Source: Lama glama
Taxonomy: Eukaryota
Direction of reading: 5' to 3'
DNA: 64,000 bases
NCBI GenBank assembly: GCA_028534125.1
Contig: CM052816.1
Coordinates: 26,972,001 to 27,036,000 of the forward strand
Both the position numbers and the translations under genes were made by a program. Under the pieces are notes generated by a model. The model did no database searches. It was not told the origin of the DNA and saw nothing but the letters and a program-made list of their open reading frames with translations. Shown here one piece after another: positions 24,541 through 35,957 of the stretch. How positions within the stretch are numbered: the first letter of the stretch is position 1; each line of letters starts with the position of its first letter.

Positions 24541-24598
24541 GGCCCCGCCCAGCCGCGCGCGCGGCCCCGCCCCCAGCCTCGTGACGGTGCCCGCCCCG
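24541..24598. promoter_or_regulatory. Sp/KLF GC-box cluster
   Basis: GGCCCCGCCC at 24541, GGCCCCGCCCCC at 24563 and CCCGCCCC near 24590. Confidence 0.65.
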
Positions 24599-24879
24599 AG
24601 CGCACAGCGCGCGGCCCCTCCCCTCTGCCTCTCCTTCCACCTCCACCTCTGGGTCACCAGTTTTTCACCGCCCACTTGCTGTACTGACTTTTGTGCAAGA
24701 ATCTTGGGCTTTTATTATCACAGCCTTTCTTACTAGGTCTAGGCCAAACGATTCTGATATTACCAGTTTTTAAATCTCCTTTAGGAAGTGGAAGAGGATG
24801 GAGACCACTCTTTGGGCTTGGATTAAGCAGACAGAGCAAGGTTGAAGATTGGTGGAAGGGATACATCCTCTTAAATCTC

Positions 24880-25090
24880 TAGGCTATCAGATAGAACTTT
24901 CTGACATGATGGAAATGTCCTGGATCAGTGCTGTCCAGCAGAGAAGCCCTTGGCCACGTATCACCACTGAGCACTTGAAATGTGACTAGTGTGACTAAGG
25001 AACTGAGTTTTAGATTGTACTTAATTTTAAGTTCAATCCAAATAGTCTGCGTGTGGCTAGAAGCTGCCTACTGGACAGTACAGCTCTAGA
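24880..25090. mobile_element. MER3-like hAT-Charlie MITE
   Basis: ATAGAACTTTCTG...GATGGAAATGT...GTGCTGTCCA...GAGCACTTGAAATGTGACTAGTG...GTGGCTAG...TGGACAGTACAGCTCTAG. Confidence 0.78.
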
Positions 25091-25224
25091 TAACAAAAAG
25101 GCCTTGAATAACTTACTGTCTGAGGTTTACTCTAATGTTATCACAAGCCACACAGTAATTTTCCTCCATAGAGTCAGTATGTCTGGGAAAATAACAATTA
25201 GGAAAATCAGTGGGTGTTTGGCGA

Positions 25225-25432
25225 AGAGCTTCATACTCCATTCTCTCTGCCAATTACTAGATCTTTATCATAGGAAGGTCTCTTGAAGACTTTCCACTTC
25301 AATTTCCTTATAATTTAAATGGGAATGTCACTCTCCACTCACCTCACTGCATAGGATCATTGTCAGGATCAAATGAGGAAATACGTGAAAGTATGCTGAA
25401 AACTAATGGGTGCTATGCCAGTGTAAGGTAGG
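25225..25432 (+). mobile_element. MIR SINE
   Basis: Decayed MIR core (CTTCAATTTCCTTAT...AAATGGGAAT...GGATCATTGTCAGGATCAAATGAG). Confidence 0.6.
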
Positions 25433-26107
25433 TTCATGGAAAAATAAAAGGGGGTGTTGCAAATAGCAACCTGAGGTTATAACTTTGCTGGAGAAGAAGA
25501 AAGCTTCACAATTCTTTACAAATTAAGCATATACAAACCCTCAGCCCTCACTAGGGATTTAGAAACCCTGAGTTCTACTGGCTATATGCAATACTTAGCA
25601 TCACTGGAAGTTTTTCTTAAGGGCATTGGCACAGAAGGTTTTTCTAGTTGCTGGGGTTTCTTCCACTCTTAAATTTCGTAATTCTGATTATGATTATTAT
25701 CAAGAAGCATCAACCCAAATCACAACTAATGTAAGTAAATATATCAAGGTCTAGATGTTGCTTCCGTGAGTTTGATGCATGGGCCAGTTGTCACTACCAC
25801 GCTACCATCACCATCGCCACTGCCGTCTGCCTGTCTGGAATAATCAGCTGTCAAGGTACGTTTCCTGGCCTGCACTCCACCACCTATGGACAGTCTGGAG
25901 TCTGTCACTGATCAGCAACTTTAACCTCCTTTGAAAGCTCACAGCCTGGTTTGAGTTGATTCTTCTCTGTATCCTTAATTTTTACCTGTGCCTCTGTTTA
26001 TTGCTTACTCCTTTCTGTCTTATGCTATGTCATTTATATTCCCAGCTTATAGTTTTTTTTCTTTCCCAGCTTATGTTTTTTATTGAATATCTGAATTAGT
26101 TGAAATA

Positions 26108-26553
26108 TAGGTCCAGCCTCTTGTAACAGAGAACCACATTAAAAGTGGTTTTAAAAAAATGGAGTTTAATTATCTCTCATGTAGGATGATGAAGGCTCCA
26201 TGAGATCATCCAGGGATTACAGGCAGCGTCTGTTCTGCCCTCCCTAGGATGTAAGCTCTTCCTCATGGTCTGAGTTGGCTGACAAGGACAGTACATTCCA
26301 GCAGGCAGGAAAGGAGTAAAGGGATATGGAATGATATCCCCTTCCCTTTGAGGGCACAGTCAAGAAACTGCACACAGTCAAGAAACTGCACACACTGCTT
26401 TTGTCCATGTTGCTTTCATGACCTCATTAGCTACATGGCCATCCCAAGCTACAGGAGACAAAGAAAGGCCATCGTTATTCCATCTCCTTAAAATTAGGGG
26501 TTCAAGTACCCTGGAAGAGATGGAGACTATTGTAGGACAGCAGTATCTGTTAC
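26108..26553 (-). mobile_element. MaLR LTR (MLT1J/K-like)
   Basis: GTAACAGA...AGTGGTTTTAAAAAAATGGAGTTTA...ACATTCCAGCAGGCAGGAAAGG...ACATGGCCATCCCAAGCTACAGGAG...TCTGTTACA. Confidence 0.6.
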
Positions 26554-27368
26554 AAAGCATCCATTCCCTCTTTTCATGGCAACATACCTAAATTTCCTCT
26601 GGGTAATCATTACTTTCCCACCCTCGGCTGAAAGTCTCTTCCAACTCAGGAATGGAGTGCATGACCTAGGGTTAGCCAAACCTAGCATTGACTCCTGGAG
26701 CCCTAGTGATTGGTGGGAAGTCAGATTTGGCTGCATTTTCCAAAACTCTCAGCAACTTTGATTGTCTTTCTTTCCCTATTCAACCTCAACTCATTTTGAG
26801 CAAGAGTTTGAAGAATTGTCTTGCTATTTCTCTCTGCTATTTTTCTCAGCTCTCTTTTTCCTTGGTCCATGCTTTTCTATTTTATCATCTCTGAAATCCC
26901 AAATGCAACCATCAACTTCTCTAATCTTATATCCAAATTGCTAAGAGCATTTGAAAAGTAAACCCCAACCTCAAATGGAGATCCTAAAAGTTAGACTTTC
27001 TAACCCCAACTCTCCACTGCCTAGATACTATCATTTGTTTATTTTCCAAATCTTTCAACTGTTCTTTCCAGTAAAGGTTCTAAAAAATTCATTTTCTCCT
27101 CGAGTATCCCGTCACGTTTTCTCTCCATTTTCAGCAAATGACTTAGCCTCCTCATTCAATGACAAAATAAAATCTACCAAGTAAATCCTTCACTCTTCAA
27201 TACAATGGAAATTCTCTTCTCTGTGCTCCTATCACTCACTGTATATGTTTCTATAACACCTATTATATTGTACTGTGATCATGGTCACTTTTCTGTTACC
27301 CTTGAGAGTCTGCAGGATCTCTGAGTTCCAGAGCCATTCCTTATTTGACTTTGGATCCTGGGTAGCCT

Positions 27369-27935
27369 TGTATTAGCTGTATATCACTGTAAAACAAATT
27401 ATACCAAACTTACCGGCTTAAAAACACAAGTACTTATTTTCTCGTGATCTCTGTGAGTCAGAAATCCAAGTGCAACTTAGCTGAGTGCCTCTGACTCAGG
27501 GTCTCCCGAGAGGCTGCAGTAAAGGTATCCAGCAGAGTTGCAGTCAATTCCAGACTCAACTAGGAAAGGATCTACTTCCAAGCTCTCACATGACTGGTGG
27601 CAGCTCTCAAGTCTTGCTGCCTGCTGCCTGGAGATGTTGAGTTGTTTGCCACACAAGCCTCTCCATACGGCTTCACATACAACATTACATCATAACGTCA
27701 GCTTGCTTACCCTAGAATGAAGACTCTAAGAAAGACAGCGTGAGCCAAGAAAGAACAAGAGAAGGTGAGCAAGACAGAAGCCAGAGTCTTTTTGTAACCT
27801 AATCTCAGAAGTGGCATCTCAGCACTTTTGCTGTAGGCTGTTCATTAGAAGTTCACACTCAAGGAGAGGGATAAAGCAGGGGTGTGACTAACAGGAGGCA
27901 GGGATCTTGGGGGCCATTTTAGAGGTTGCCATGAA
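27369..27935 (-). mobile_element. MaLR LTR (MLT1F-like)
   Basis: TGTATTAG...AACAAATTATACCAAACTT...GGCTTAAAA...CTTCCAAGCTC...TAACCTAATCTCAGAAGTG...GGGGGCCATTTTAGAGG. Confidence 0.75.
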
Positions 27936-28318
27936 CCCCAACATTGTTTACTCCTCAGTAAAATAGATACACGATTAATACTTTCAATGAACAGATGAAT
28001 GAATATATGAAACTCAGAAGAGAGGGCTTAGTGGAAGATACAGATTTGGTAGTGAAAGCCACTAGTACATGAGAGGATCCAGGTAGTCTTGGAAGCACTA
28101 TCCTAACGATCATTTAAGAAGCAGGCAAAGGAAGAGGTGCCATAAAGAAAACTGCAGCAGTCAGAGAGACAGGAATTAATGGAGGAGAGAGGGCAAAAGG
28201 AAGTAAAAGGACAAAGAAGAACAGAGTGTTTGGCAGAATCAAATGCCTTGGGTATATTTATAAGGTGATAACTGAAAATGTGAATAATTAGTGAATACAG
28301 AAAATGAATACAGCAAGT

Positions 28319-28743
28319 TGTGATGGTAAATTTTATGTGTTGACTTGGCTGGACCATGGTGCCCAGATATTTGGTCAAGCATTATCATGGATGTTTCTGT
28401 GAAGGTATTTTGGAGATGAGATCAACATGTAAATCTGTGGATTTTTAGTAATACAAATTTACCCCCCATAATGTGGATGGGCCTCATCCAATTAGTTGAA
28501 GGCCTTCACAGAAGAAACACTGATCCCCCCTGAGCAAGAAGGAATTCTGCCAGTAGACCACTGCTTTTGGACTTGAAGTGCAACTCTTCCCTGAGTCTCC
28601 AGCCTGATGGTCTTCCCATCAGATTTTGGACTCACCAAGCCTCCACAATTGCATAATCCAATTCCTTAAAATAAATCTCTCTCTCTATATATATGTAACA
28701 CATGCTGTTGGTTCTGTTTCTATGGCAAACCCAGACAAATACA
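28319..28743 (+). mobile_element. ERVL solo LTR (MLT2B-like), inserted in L2-like sequence
   Basis: TGTGATGGTAAATTTTATGTGTTGACTTGGCT...GGGCCTCATCCAATTAGTTGAAGGCC...TTCCTTAAAATAAATCTCTC...AATACA; 5-bp TSD CAAGT/CATGT. Confidence 0.85.
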
Positions 28744-29048
28744 CATGTGTAGACTATTCTTTTAAGAAATATAAATGGAAGGAATGACAGAATAGGTCAG
28801 TAACTTGCTGAGGCCATACGATTATTTTTTTGTCCATGCTTCAGTTAGATTTAAACATGTTTCTGTATTAGGGAAAGAGGTGAAAAAAGAACAAGAGGAT
28901 AAAAATACAATACAGAGAAATAATCAGAATGGATGAGGTCTGAAAGCATACAGGCAGGACTGGGATAAAGAGGAAGTAGAGGAACATGCCTTAAAAAAGA
29001 GAAGGTACACTTCTTCCTTTGAGAATGGAAAGAGGGTCATTTAGAGCC

Positions 29049-29477
29049 TGTATTGGCTATTGTGCATAACAAACCATCCCAAAACCAATTACTAAAAACA
29101 GCAACCATTTCTTACTTGTCATGAGTCTGCAGGTCAGCAAGACCCGATTTGGCAAATCTTGTCGTAGGGTTTGTTCACGTATCTGTGGTCAGCTGAGGGA
29201 CTGCCTGGGAGCTGGCTGGGCAAGACTAGTTTTGGCTAGGACAATTCAGCTCTGCTCCATGTGCTCTTATTCTCCTAGACTGGGCTTCTTTTCAAGGTCA
29301 TGGCAGGGTTCTAAAAAAGAAGGTGGAGACACACAAGTACTTTTTCAAGCCTTCGCAAAAGAAAGTCACATAGCCAAGCCCAGGGTCAGAATGGGAAGGG
29401 ACTACAAAATTGCAAGGCAAAGGGTGTGGAAAGGGGAAACCACTAATTTGGGCCATTAATGCAGTAGGTTTACCACA
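29049..29477 (-). mobile_element. MaLR LTR (MLT1H-like)
   Basis: TGTATTGGCTATTG...AACAAACCATCCCAAAAC...CAGCTCTGCTCCATGTG...AAGTCACATAGCCAAGCCCAG...GGGCCATTAATGCA...TACCACA. Confidence 0.7.
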
Positions 29478-30670
29478 GGGTGGATGCATTTACAGACTTG
29501 TTTATAAACACAGGGGCAGGAAATGGAAGAAGTCCACACCTAAGAGCTTTACATACATATTCCCTTTGGGTTAGGGAGGGTTAATTTCTAAAAGAAAATA
29601 AGTCAGTATGAGCACAGGTGACATAAGGAATTCAAAGCATTTTCAGTAGACCTTGTAAAGTTTTGGCGTGGATATTCACCAGGGACATATAAGGAATTGG
29701 CAAATAGTGCTGGAAGTCTATTGAGGTGGAGACCGTATGCTTCTGGCAGTGATAATCCCGACACATGAGTGATTTTCTCCTATAGTCTAGCATTGGAGGT
29801 GTAGGAGTGGAAGTGGATGATCAGACTGATTCAAGGCTAGATATTTTGGGGGTGAGCTTGGAGGAGGAACAAGGAAGCTAAGGATTTTGAAGCCCCTCAA
29901 CAGGAAGGAGTAACCAGAAATAGGTGGTTTTCAATGACAAGGAGGGATAGCAGGTGGCATGGATCTCAAAGAAGGAGGGATTTTTTTTCCAAGGGGATTA
30001 AAAAGTCAATATTAAAGTAATATTTAGAACCCAATAGGAACTATATTTTTGGTGAAAAGTGACATGTTACTCAAGGCAAGGAGGTCAAAGGAAGTTTCTG
30101 GGCAGAAATTGATGATGTAAGAACATTTGTAGGGGAACTGGGGGTCTAGGAGGCATAGTGGAAAGAGTGAAGACAGCAGTCAGTTATGGATGGAAGGGTG
30201 TGTGGGAGGTGAGGGGAGCAGGTCAAAAAGACCCTGGAGAGAGCTTATCCTTGAACATAGCTTCTGGTGAGTGAAGTGATATTCAGGGTAGCAGCTATGA
30301 ACAAATAAGATTTATTATGATCTCCTTTGCCATTATATTGAGAAAATAATCGTTTGGCTGCTTAACTCTAATAGTTGAATGAAAATATTTAAGCTTCTTA
30401 TTGAAAGAGAATGAAGGACTTCACATTTGTTGAAGGAAGGAAAGAAGTCAAGCACAGTGTTTGCTTTCTCACAGGTCATAAATGCCAACAAACTACTATT
30501 TCACTCTAGAAGTATCAGTGATCCCCTAAACAGTGACATTACTAATAGCTGTAAAATGATTATACAGTCACGATCCCTATGTCTCAGTTCCTGAATGGCA
30601 CAGACTCCTACAGAGTAAAACATCCTTTCAGAATAATTATTTCTTCACTTCTATTTCTTATTTCCTATTT

Positions 30671-30820
30671 CAAAATTTTTATTTATTTTTTGGGGGAAAG
30701 GCAGGTAATTAGGTATTAATTTATTTATTTTAATGGAGGTATTTATTTCAATGGAGGATTGAACCCAGGACTTTGTGCATTCTAAGCATGCATGTGCTCT
30801 ACCACTGAGCTCCCTCCCCA
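30671..30820 (-). mobile_element. Vic-1-type tRNA SINE inserted in the tail of an L1
   Basis: Reverse of GCTCAGTGGTAGAGCAC...GTCCTGGGTTCAATCC...CCTAATTACC; TTTCCTATTT repeated at 30661-30670 and 30829-30838. Confidence 0.85.
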
Positions 30821-30838
30821 CTCTTTTTTTTCCTATTT

Positions 30839-31233
30839 AAAAAAATAATAATTATTTATTTAAAATTAACCTATAGTTGACTTACAAAGTTTCCAGTGTA
30901 TTATATATGTATATTCTTTTCCAGGTTATTTTCCATTATAGGATATTACAAGATTTTGAATATAGTTCTCTGTGCTATAAAGCAGGTCCTTGTTGTTTAT
31001 CTATTTTATATATAGTAGTGTGTATTTACTAACCTCAAATTCCAATTTTATCCCTCCCCAACCCTTCCTCTTTGGTAACTGTAAGTTTGTTTTCTATGTC
31101 TGTGAGTCTATTTTTTTGTAAGTAAGTTTATTTTTTATCAGTATCTTAGATTCCACATATAAGTGATTATCATGTATTTGTCTTTCTCTGTCTGACTTAC
31201 TTCACTTAGTATGATAATCTCGAGGTCAATCCT
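30839..31233 (-). mobile_element. L1 3' end (cetartiodactyl type)
   Basis: TTGGTAACTGTAAGTTTGTTTTCTATGTCTGTGAGTCT...TAGATTCCACATATAAGTGAT...CACTTAGTATGATAATCTC; outer TSD (16/17 match) at 30644-30660 and 31235-31251. Confidence 0.85.
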
Positions 31234-31474
31234 TTTCACTACTATTTCTTAAACACCATAAAGAGAGACATGCAGATCATAACACTCTAAACAAACAAAA
31301 AACTTTACCCTTTTCCCGCCCTCCCTTTTCTCATACTGGAAACAATCGCTGTGCCTCTCACCCCAAAATGCCCTTGAAAAAATCCCCAAAGTATGTCTCT
31401 AGGCTGTGTTTTCCTGCTACTCACTTGCTGCCCATTTCCTTGGCTCCAAGTGTCCATAGGTCCACTACTATAGT

Positions 31475-31648
31475 CATGGCCAGCTTCATGCTAATAAGAT
31501 GTGTAGCCACATGGCACCCTGCACTCAGAAGCACCCCATGCTTCATTTAGTGCTTTACTGTTACTGTCTTGAAATTCTTAACAATTTTGAACACAGGGCC
31601 CTACATTTTCATTTTGCACTGGCCCTGCAAATTATATAGCTGGTCCTG
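31475..31648 (+). mobile_element. MER45A-like hAT-Tip100 MITE
   Basis: CATGGCCAGCTTCATG...CTCAGAAG...TCTTGAAATTCTTAA...ATTTTCATTTTGCACTGG...AAATTATATAGCTGGTCCTG; degenerate 8-bp TSD ACTATAGT/ACTCCAGT. Confidence 0.82.
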
Positions 31649-32384
31649 ACTCCAGTCTGCCAGTTATGACAGCACCAGAGGACAAGGGGAGGAATGGCTG
31701 TCTCATGTCTCCCAGGACAGGGGAGGACTATCAAGTCAGAGCCTGAGTGGCTTTGGTGGCTGCATCCATGGCTCTCACCTCTCTACTGCTGGGAGGAGCA
31801 GTAGTGAAAGTTGTAGACACTTACATATTAATAATTTTTGGTCCATCACATATTCTTTTGAGGATAAGTCAAGTTCAGACACAAGTTATGGCATGTAAGT
31901 GTGTATGATTAACTTTACAAGGACTAGAGCATATAAAAAAGGCTTAAAGCAATTTTTCAGTAGAGTGAAACATTGGCAACAAAATCAGGAAGAGAATATT
32001 TGATATTTCCAAGAGATGCATTTATGAATACAGAACTCTAGGGACAGTTATTTACTGCGTGAGCTAAAATAGGAATGGAAACTACTAAACGTGGCGTAAA
32101 GATCTAACGAAATAAGATACAGTGTTGGGGTCAGGTAAGAAATCGAGCCCAAAATAAAATGAAATAAAACAAAACTGAAAGAGTTACTGCAACCTTTTTT
32201 TTTTTCAATTCTAGTTATGAACCCTGTCTCCAACATCAGAGACTTACTTGTTCCAGTGAAAGATTGTACCTTTTGGCTTTCATCGCCCTTGACATGATAT
32301 CTGACACACTGTACTCCTCAATCATTATTTGTTGTTTAATTGAAAATAAATCTAAAAAAGAAAAATAGCCAATTCTTTTAGATC

Positions 32385-32635
32385 ACAGAAAGCAAACTTT
32401 CAGCCTGCAACCTTGACACAGATGGTTTTTATTTGGCCCACACTGTTTGTTTGTTTAATATTTTAATCAACTGATAATATTAAAAAAATCAGGAAATGTT
32501 GCATAAAAATCCAGGTTTCTGGCCTCGCTTTAAAAAATTAATAGATCTGGCTACATATGGCTGAGACCTCTATGGGCATATGCTGTCCTACACTTCAGAG
32601 TCTCCAGTTCACCCTGCTGTCCTCCCAACATGAAT
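32385..32635. mobile_element. MER102-like hAT-Charlie fragment
   Basis: CATAAAAATCCAGGTTTCTGGCCTC...AAAAAATT...AGATCTGGC...CTCCAGTTC. Confidence 0.55.
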
Positions 32636-32653
32636 GAGTCCCCCCAGACCCGC

Positions 32654-33148
32654 TGTGGCAGACTGTGAGTTGATCCCTCAAATCCAAATCCAGCCCTATC
32701 CTATTCTTCCTTAATAGTAAGCATCAGGTTTCAGAAGGCATCATAGTAACAGAATAAAGAGAACTTTTCCTCCTCACTTACAACCAAGGGTGACCATGTA
32801 ACTAATTCTGGCTACCCTATATAATGTCAGGAGTTTTAAGCACAACTTCTTTAAAAAAATAATAAAGGAGATGTGCCCTTTCCCCACTTACTCCATCTTC
32901 AGGCTGGAATTCATATGTAACTGCTGGCACTCCAGTAGTCGTTTGGGACCATGAGGTAAAGATGGAACTTGTATAGCAATAAAGTAGAGGGGGACCGACT
33001 CTGTGGTTCTGAGAATCGGCTGTATCAGCCCCAGGGATGCCTACTTCCAGGCTTTCACAACAGACAGAAACAAACTTCTGTTATGTTTAAACCATCTTTG
33101 TTTGGGAATTTCTATCACATACAGCCAAACCTAATCCAAAATAATACA
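32654..33148 (+). mobile_element. MaLR LTR (MLT1-type)
   Basis: TGTGGCAGAC...GGTGACCATGTAACTAATTCTGGC...GGGACCATGAGG...GTTTAAACCA...ACAGCCAAACCTAATCC...TAATACA. Confidence 0.65.
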
Positions 33149-35373
33149 ACTACAAATCACCTCTGATAAGCAGGATTTTTCTTCTTTATCATGACTACTG
33201 TTGATAAAAGGTAAATACTATGAAGAAGCACAGGCTTTGGAAAGAAAGATGTGTGCAAGTAGATCCCATAGTTTGGGAGTGGTACATGTACTTTCCATGA
33301 ATACAGATGTTTTGAGGCTCCTCTGTCTCTGGTAGTACTGGGCGGTGGTGAAACATACAGCCTTTAGAGTTGCTGAGTATCTCTTTGCTTCAAGGTTCTC
33401 ATCTATAAGATGAGGATAGTAAAAATAGGAACTTCTTCAATGGCTTCTTGGAAAGATTAGATAAGATAATATGCATAGCCAAGCAGAAAAGTCTCATTCT
33501 TTAAATTCTAGGCAGATGAGACAGAATGACGGCCTGGAGGTGGCAAGGCATATGGAGCTAAAGAAAGGCACATTTCTTTCTGCTCACTCTGCTCTTCCTA
33601 CGTGAAGAAGTATTGAAGAGGGTGGGAGTAACAGTGAAAAGTTTTCATCAGACCATAAAAGAGCTCAGTGTGTTACTTCAAGGCAGCATATATATGATGT
33701 ATTTGAAATTAAGATTAATGAGGAAATCTCAAATATTACTGTTTTTATAACACACAAATCATCTCTAAAAGCAATGAATCTAATGAAATTTGAATGGGAA
33801 TTATATTTTCTTTCAAAGCACTATAGTTAGACAAGTAAATTCTCGAGAGCCCCAAGTTTACAAAGAGACTTAGTTCCTGCTGTTAGAGAACTATCATTCT
33901 CATGAACTAAGAACAATGTACATACAGAACATACACATTTCTCCTTCTATCAGTAGAACAATTTCCATATATTTGCATAATATGTATTTTAGAACCAATG
34001 AGCCAGTAAACTAGAATCAGAAGAAATTCCATCCACTTGGTAGTTTTTATATAATTAAAAAAATTTTCCTTAAACCAATATCTAACCCTTTTCTAAAATA
34101 ATCACCAGAGAAGCCTGAAGCTTTAAAAATATCCTTAGTTGAAAGTAAACATAGGGCTTAGAAAAGATAAAGAAGATGGCTATTTTAAGGAAGTAATTTT
34201 AAAATGGTTTTCTCTCAGCAAATAGAGTATAAATGAAAAATATTTGCATAGGTGGGAAAAGAATATTATAGAGTCAATATGTTATTTACATAGTTAGATG
34301 GTGACATTTTTGTTCACTACTCATAGTGCTCACAGTGAGAACATCTTATTCTTCAGTGTATTTTATATTCAAGTTGTCATTTTACCAGTGAAGAAACAGT
34401 CTTTATATCTCATTCCCTTGTTGTCCTCCATGTTTAAAGGAATATTCTAATTAAATAAAAAACTTAAGTCTTCTTTATATTTAATTATGATACAATCATG
34501 CATGAATAAGTTATACAAAATGGCCCTAAAAATGATCTGAGAAACCATATTGTAACTGTTAGAGATTATACTAATAAATTTTTTCCAACAATTTTTTAAA
34601 CTCTACGAAGGTGCAATTGAGGGGACTTTTTTTTTTAAATTATAGTTGTTGGTTTATTTTTGTGAGAATTCCATAGAATAATGCCTTTGGATGGGACCAA
34701 GGCCCTCCAGGTAAACATCAATGATAATGAGACTTTCTAGCTTTGATGCCAGATTCTCAAAAGTATTTGAAGCCATAGCCTTTAGATATAAAACGGACTG
34801 ATGGAATGTGATTAAATACAGCAGTTTAAGTTCAGGTACCAAAATTCTATCTAAATTTTAGTGTGTGATTGACTTTGGGGTACACATGTTTTCAAAGACT
34901 CGGAGTTTCCCTTTTGACTGGCAGCCCCAACCCTGAATGTATGGTGTCCCTTGATGTGATTGGGCTGTCCTGTCCCTGTTTCCTGCTCCCATCAATAAAA
35001 GAACTACATCCAGCCAGTCAAATGGGAGGAAGGGAATGATGACAATCTCTGGGAACAGCATAACGCAATAGAGCATACACCAAATTCATGCTGCCAGTGT
35101 CACAGCTACTTGCTAATTTAAGTTGACCTTGTTTGTTGGGGCAAAGTCAGACTCAATTTCCCTGAAGGCTTGCTGGCTGTCTGAATGCCTCCACCCACCC
35201 AATTCCTCCATTTGCCTAAGAGGCTAGAGAAACTAACTCTTGGCTAAAGATCACTAAAGATCATTTCCTTTTTCTCCCATTTGGTCATGAGGCATGGTGA
35301 GATGACAATCTGTTTATGGTTTTTCCACTCCCTGTGGGACAGTGTTTTTGTGAAAAAGTTCACTTAGGGAAAG

Positions 35374-35541
35374 CAGTGATTCTCAAACTCTAGTGTGCAC
35401 CAGGATGCCCTGGAAATTTCTGGGCTTCACCCTCAGCATATATGATTCAAAGGATCTGAGGTGGGGCCAAGAATTTGCTTTTCTAAATAGTTCTCCATAA
35501 TGTTGATGCTATTGGTTGGAGTATCACACTTGAGAACCACT
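35374..35541. mobile_element. MER5A hAT-Charlie MITE
   Basis: Terminal inverted repeats CAGTGATTCTCAA...TTGAGAACCACTG; internal TCTGAGGTGGGGCCAAGAATTTGC. Confidence 0.82.
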
Positions 35542-35867
35542 GATCTAGAGGATAAAAGCCTATATTTGGTTCTGCCTCTAAAACTAGAAAGGTCTTTAAT
35601 CAACTGATATGTAGTTTTACATCTATCAGATCTTTGGTATTTAAGTATCATTTTGTGTGTTGTCATAATGTATATCTTAAGGATTCTTACTGTGTTATTC
35701 AAATAAGTGCTGTTTGATGATGTTCAAAACCTAAAGCTCTGGATAGAGACCTGAGTTTATGTGCAGTGGGAGAAAATTGCCTCCCTTGTGCGTGAACTGA
35801 AATTTCTACAACCACTTTCTAGTTAAAATAATGAAGGCCAGAGCACTGTCTTGAGAAGGATGTGGTT

Positions 35868-35957
35868 AAAAAGAAAGGAAGAAAGAAAACAGAAAAGGAA
35901 GGATAGCAGGAGGAAAGGAAAGAAGGATGGAAAGAGCGAGGGAGGAAAGAAAGAAAG
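35868..35957 (+). repeat. GA-rich low-complexity tract
   Basis: Imperfect GGAA/GAAA repeats. Confidence 0.8.

Larger units (their letters stand above)
23830..24680. promoter_or_regulatory. CpG island / TATA-less SNX2 promoter
   Basis: Sharp rise in GC and CpG density against AT-rich flanks; spans exon 1; no TATA box seen. Confidence 0.92.

Noticed and set aside
23841..24736. Several overlapping 76-166 aa ORFs around the promoter
   Set aside because: Stop-poor GC-rich CpG island with Arg/Gly/Pro-rich translations. Only 24423-24316 matches a known protein, and its ORF extension to 24181 is intron read-through past the donor.
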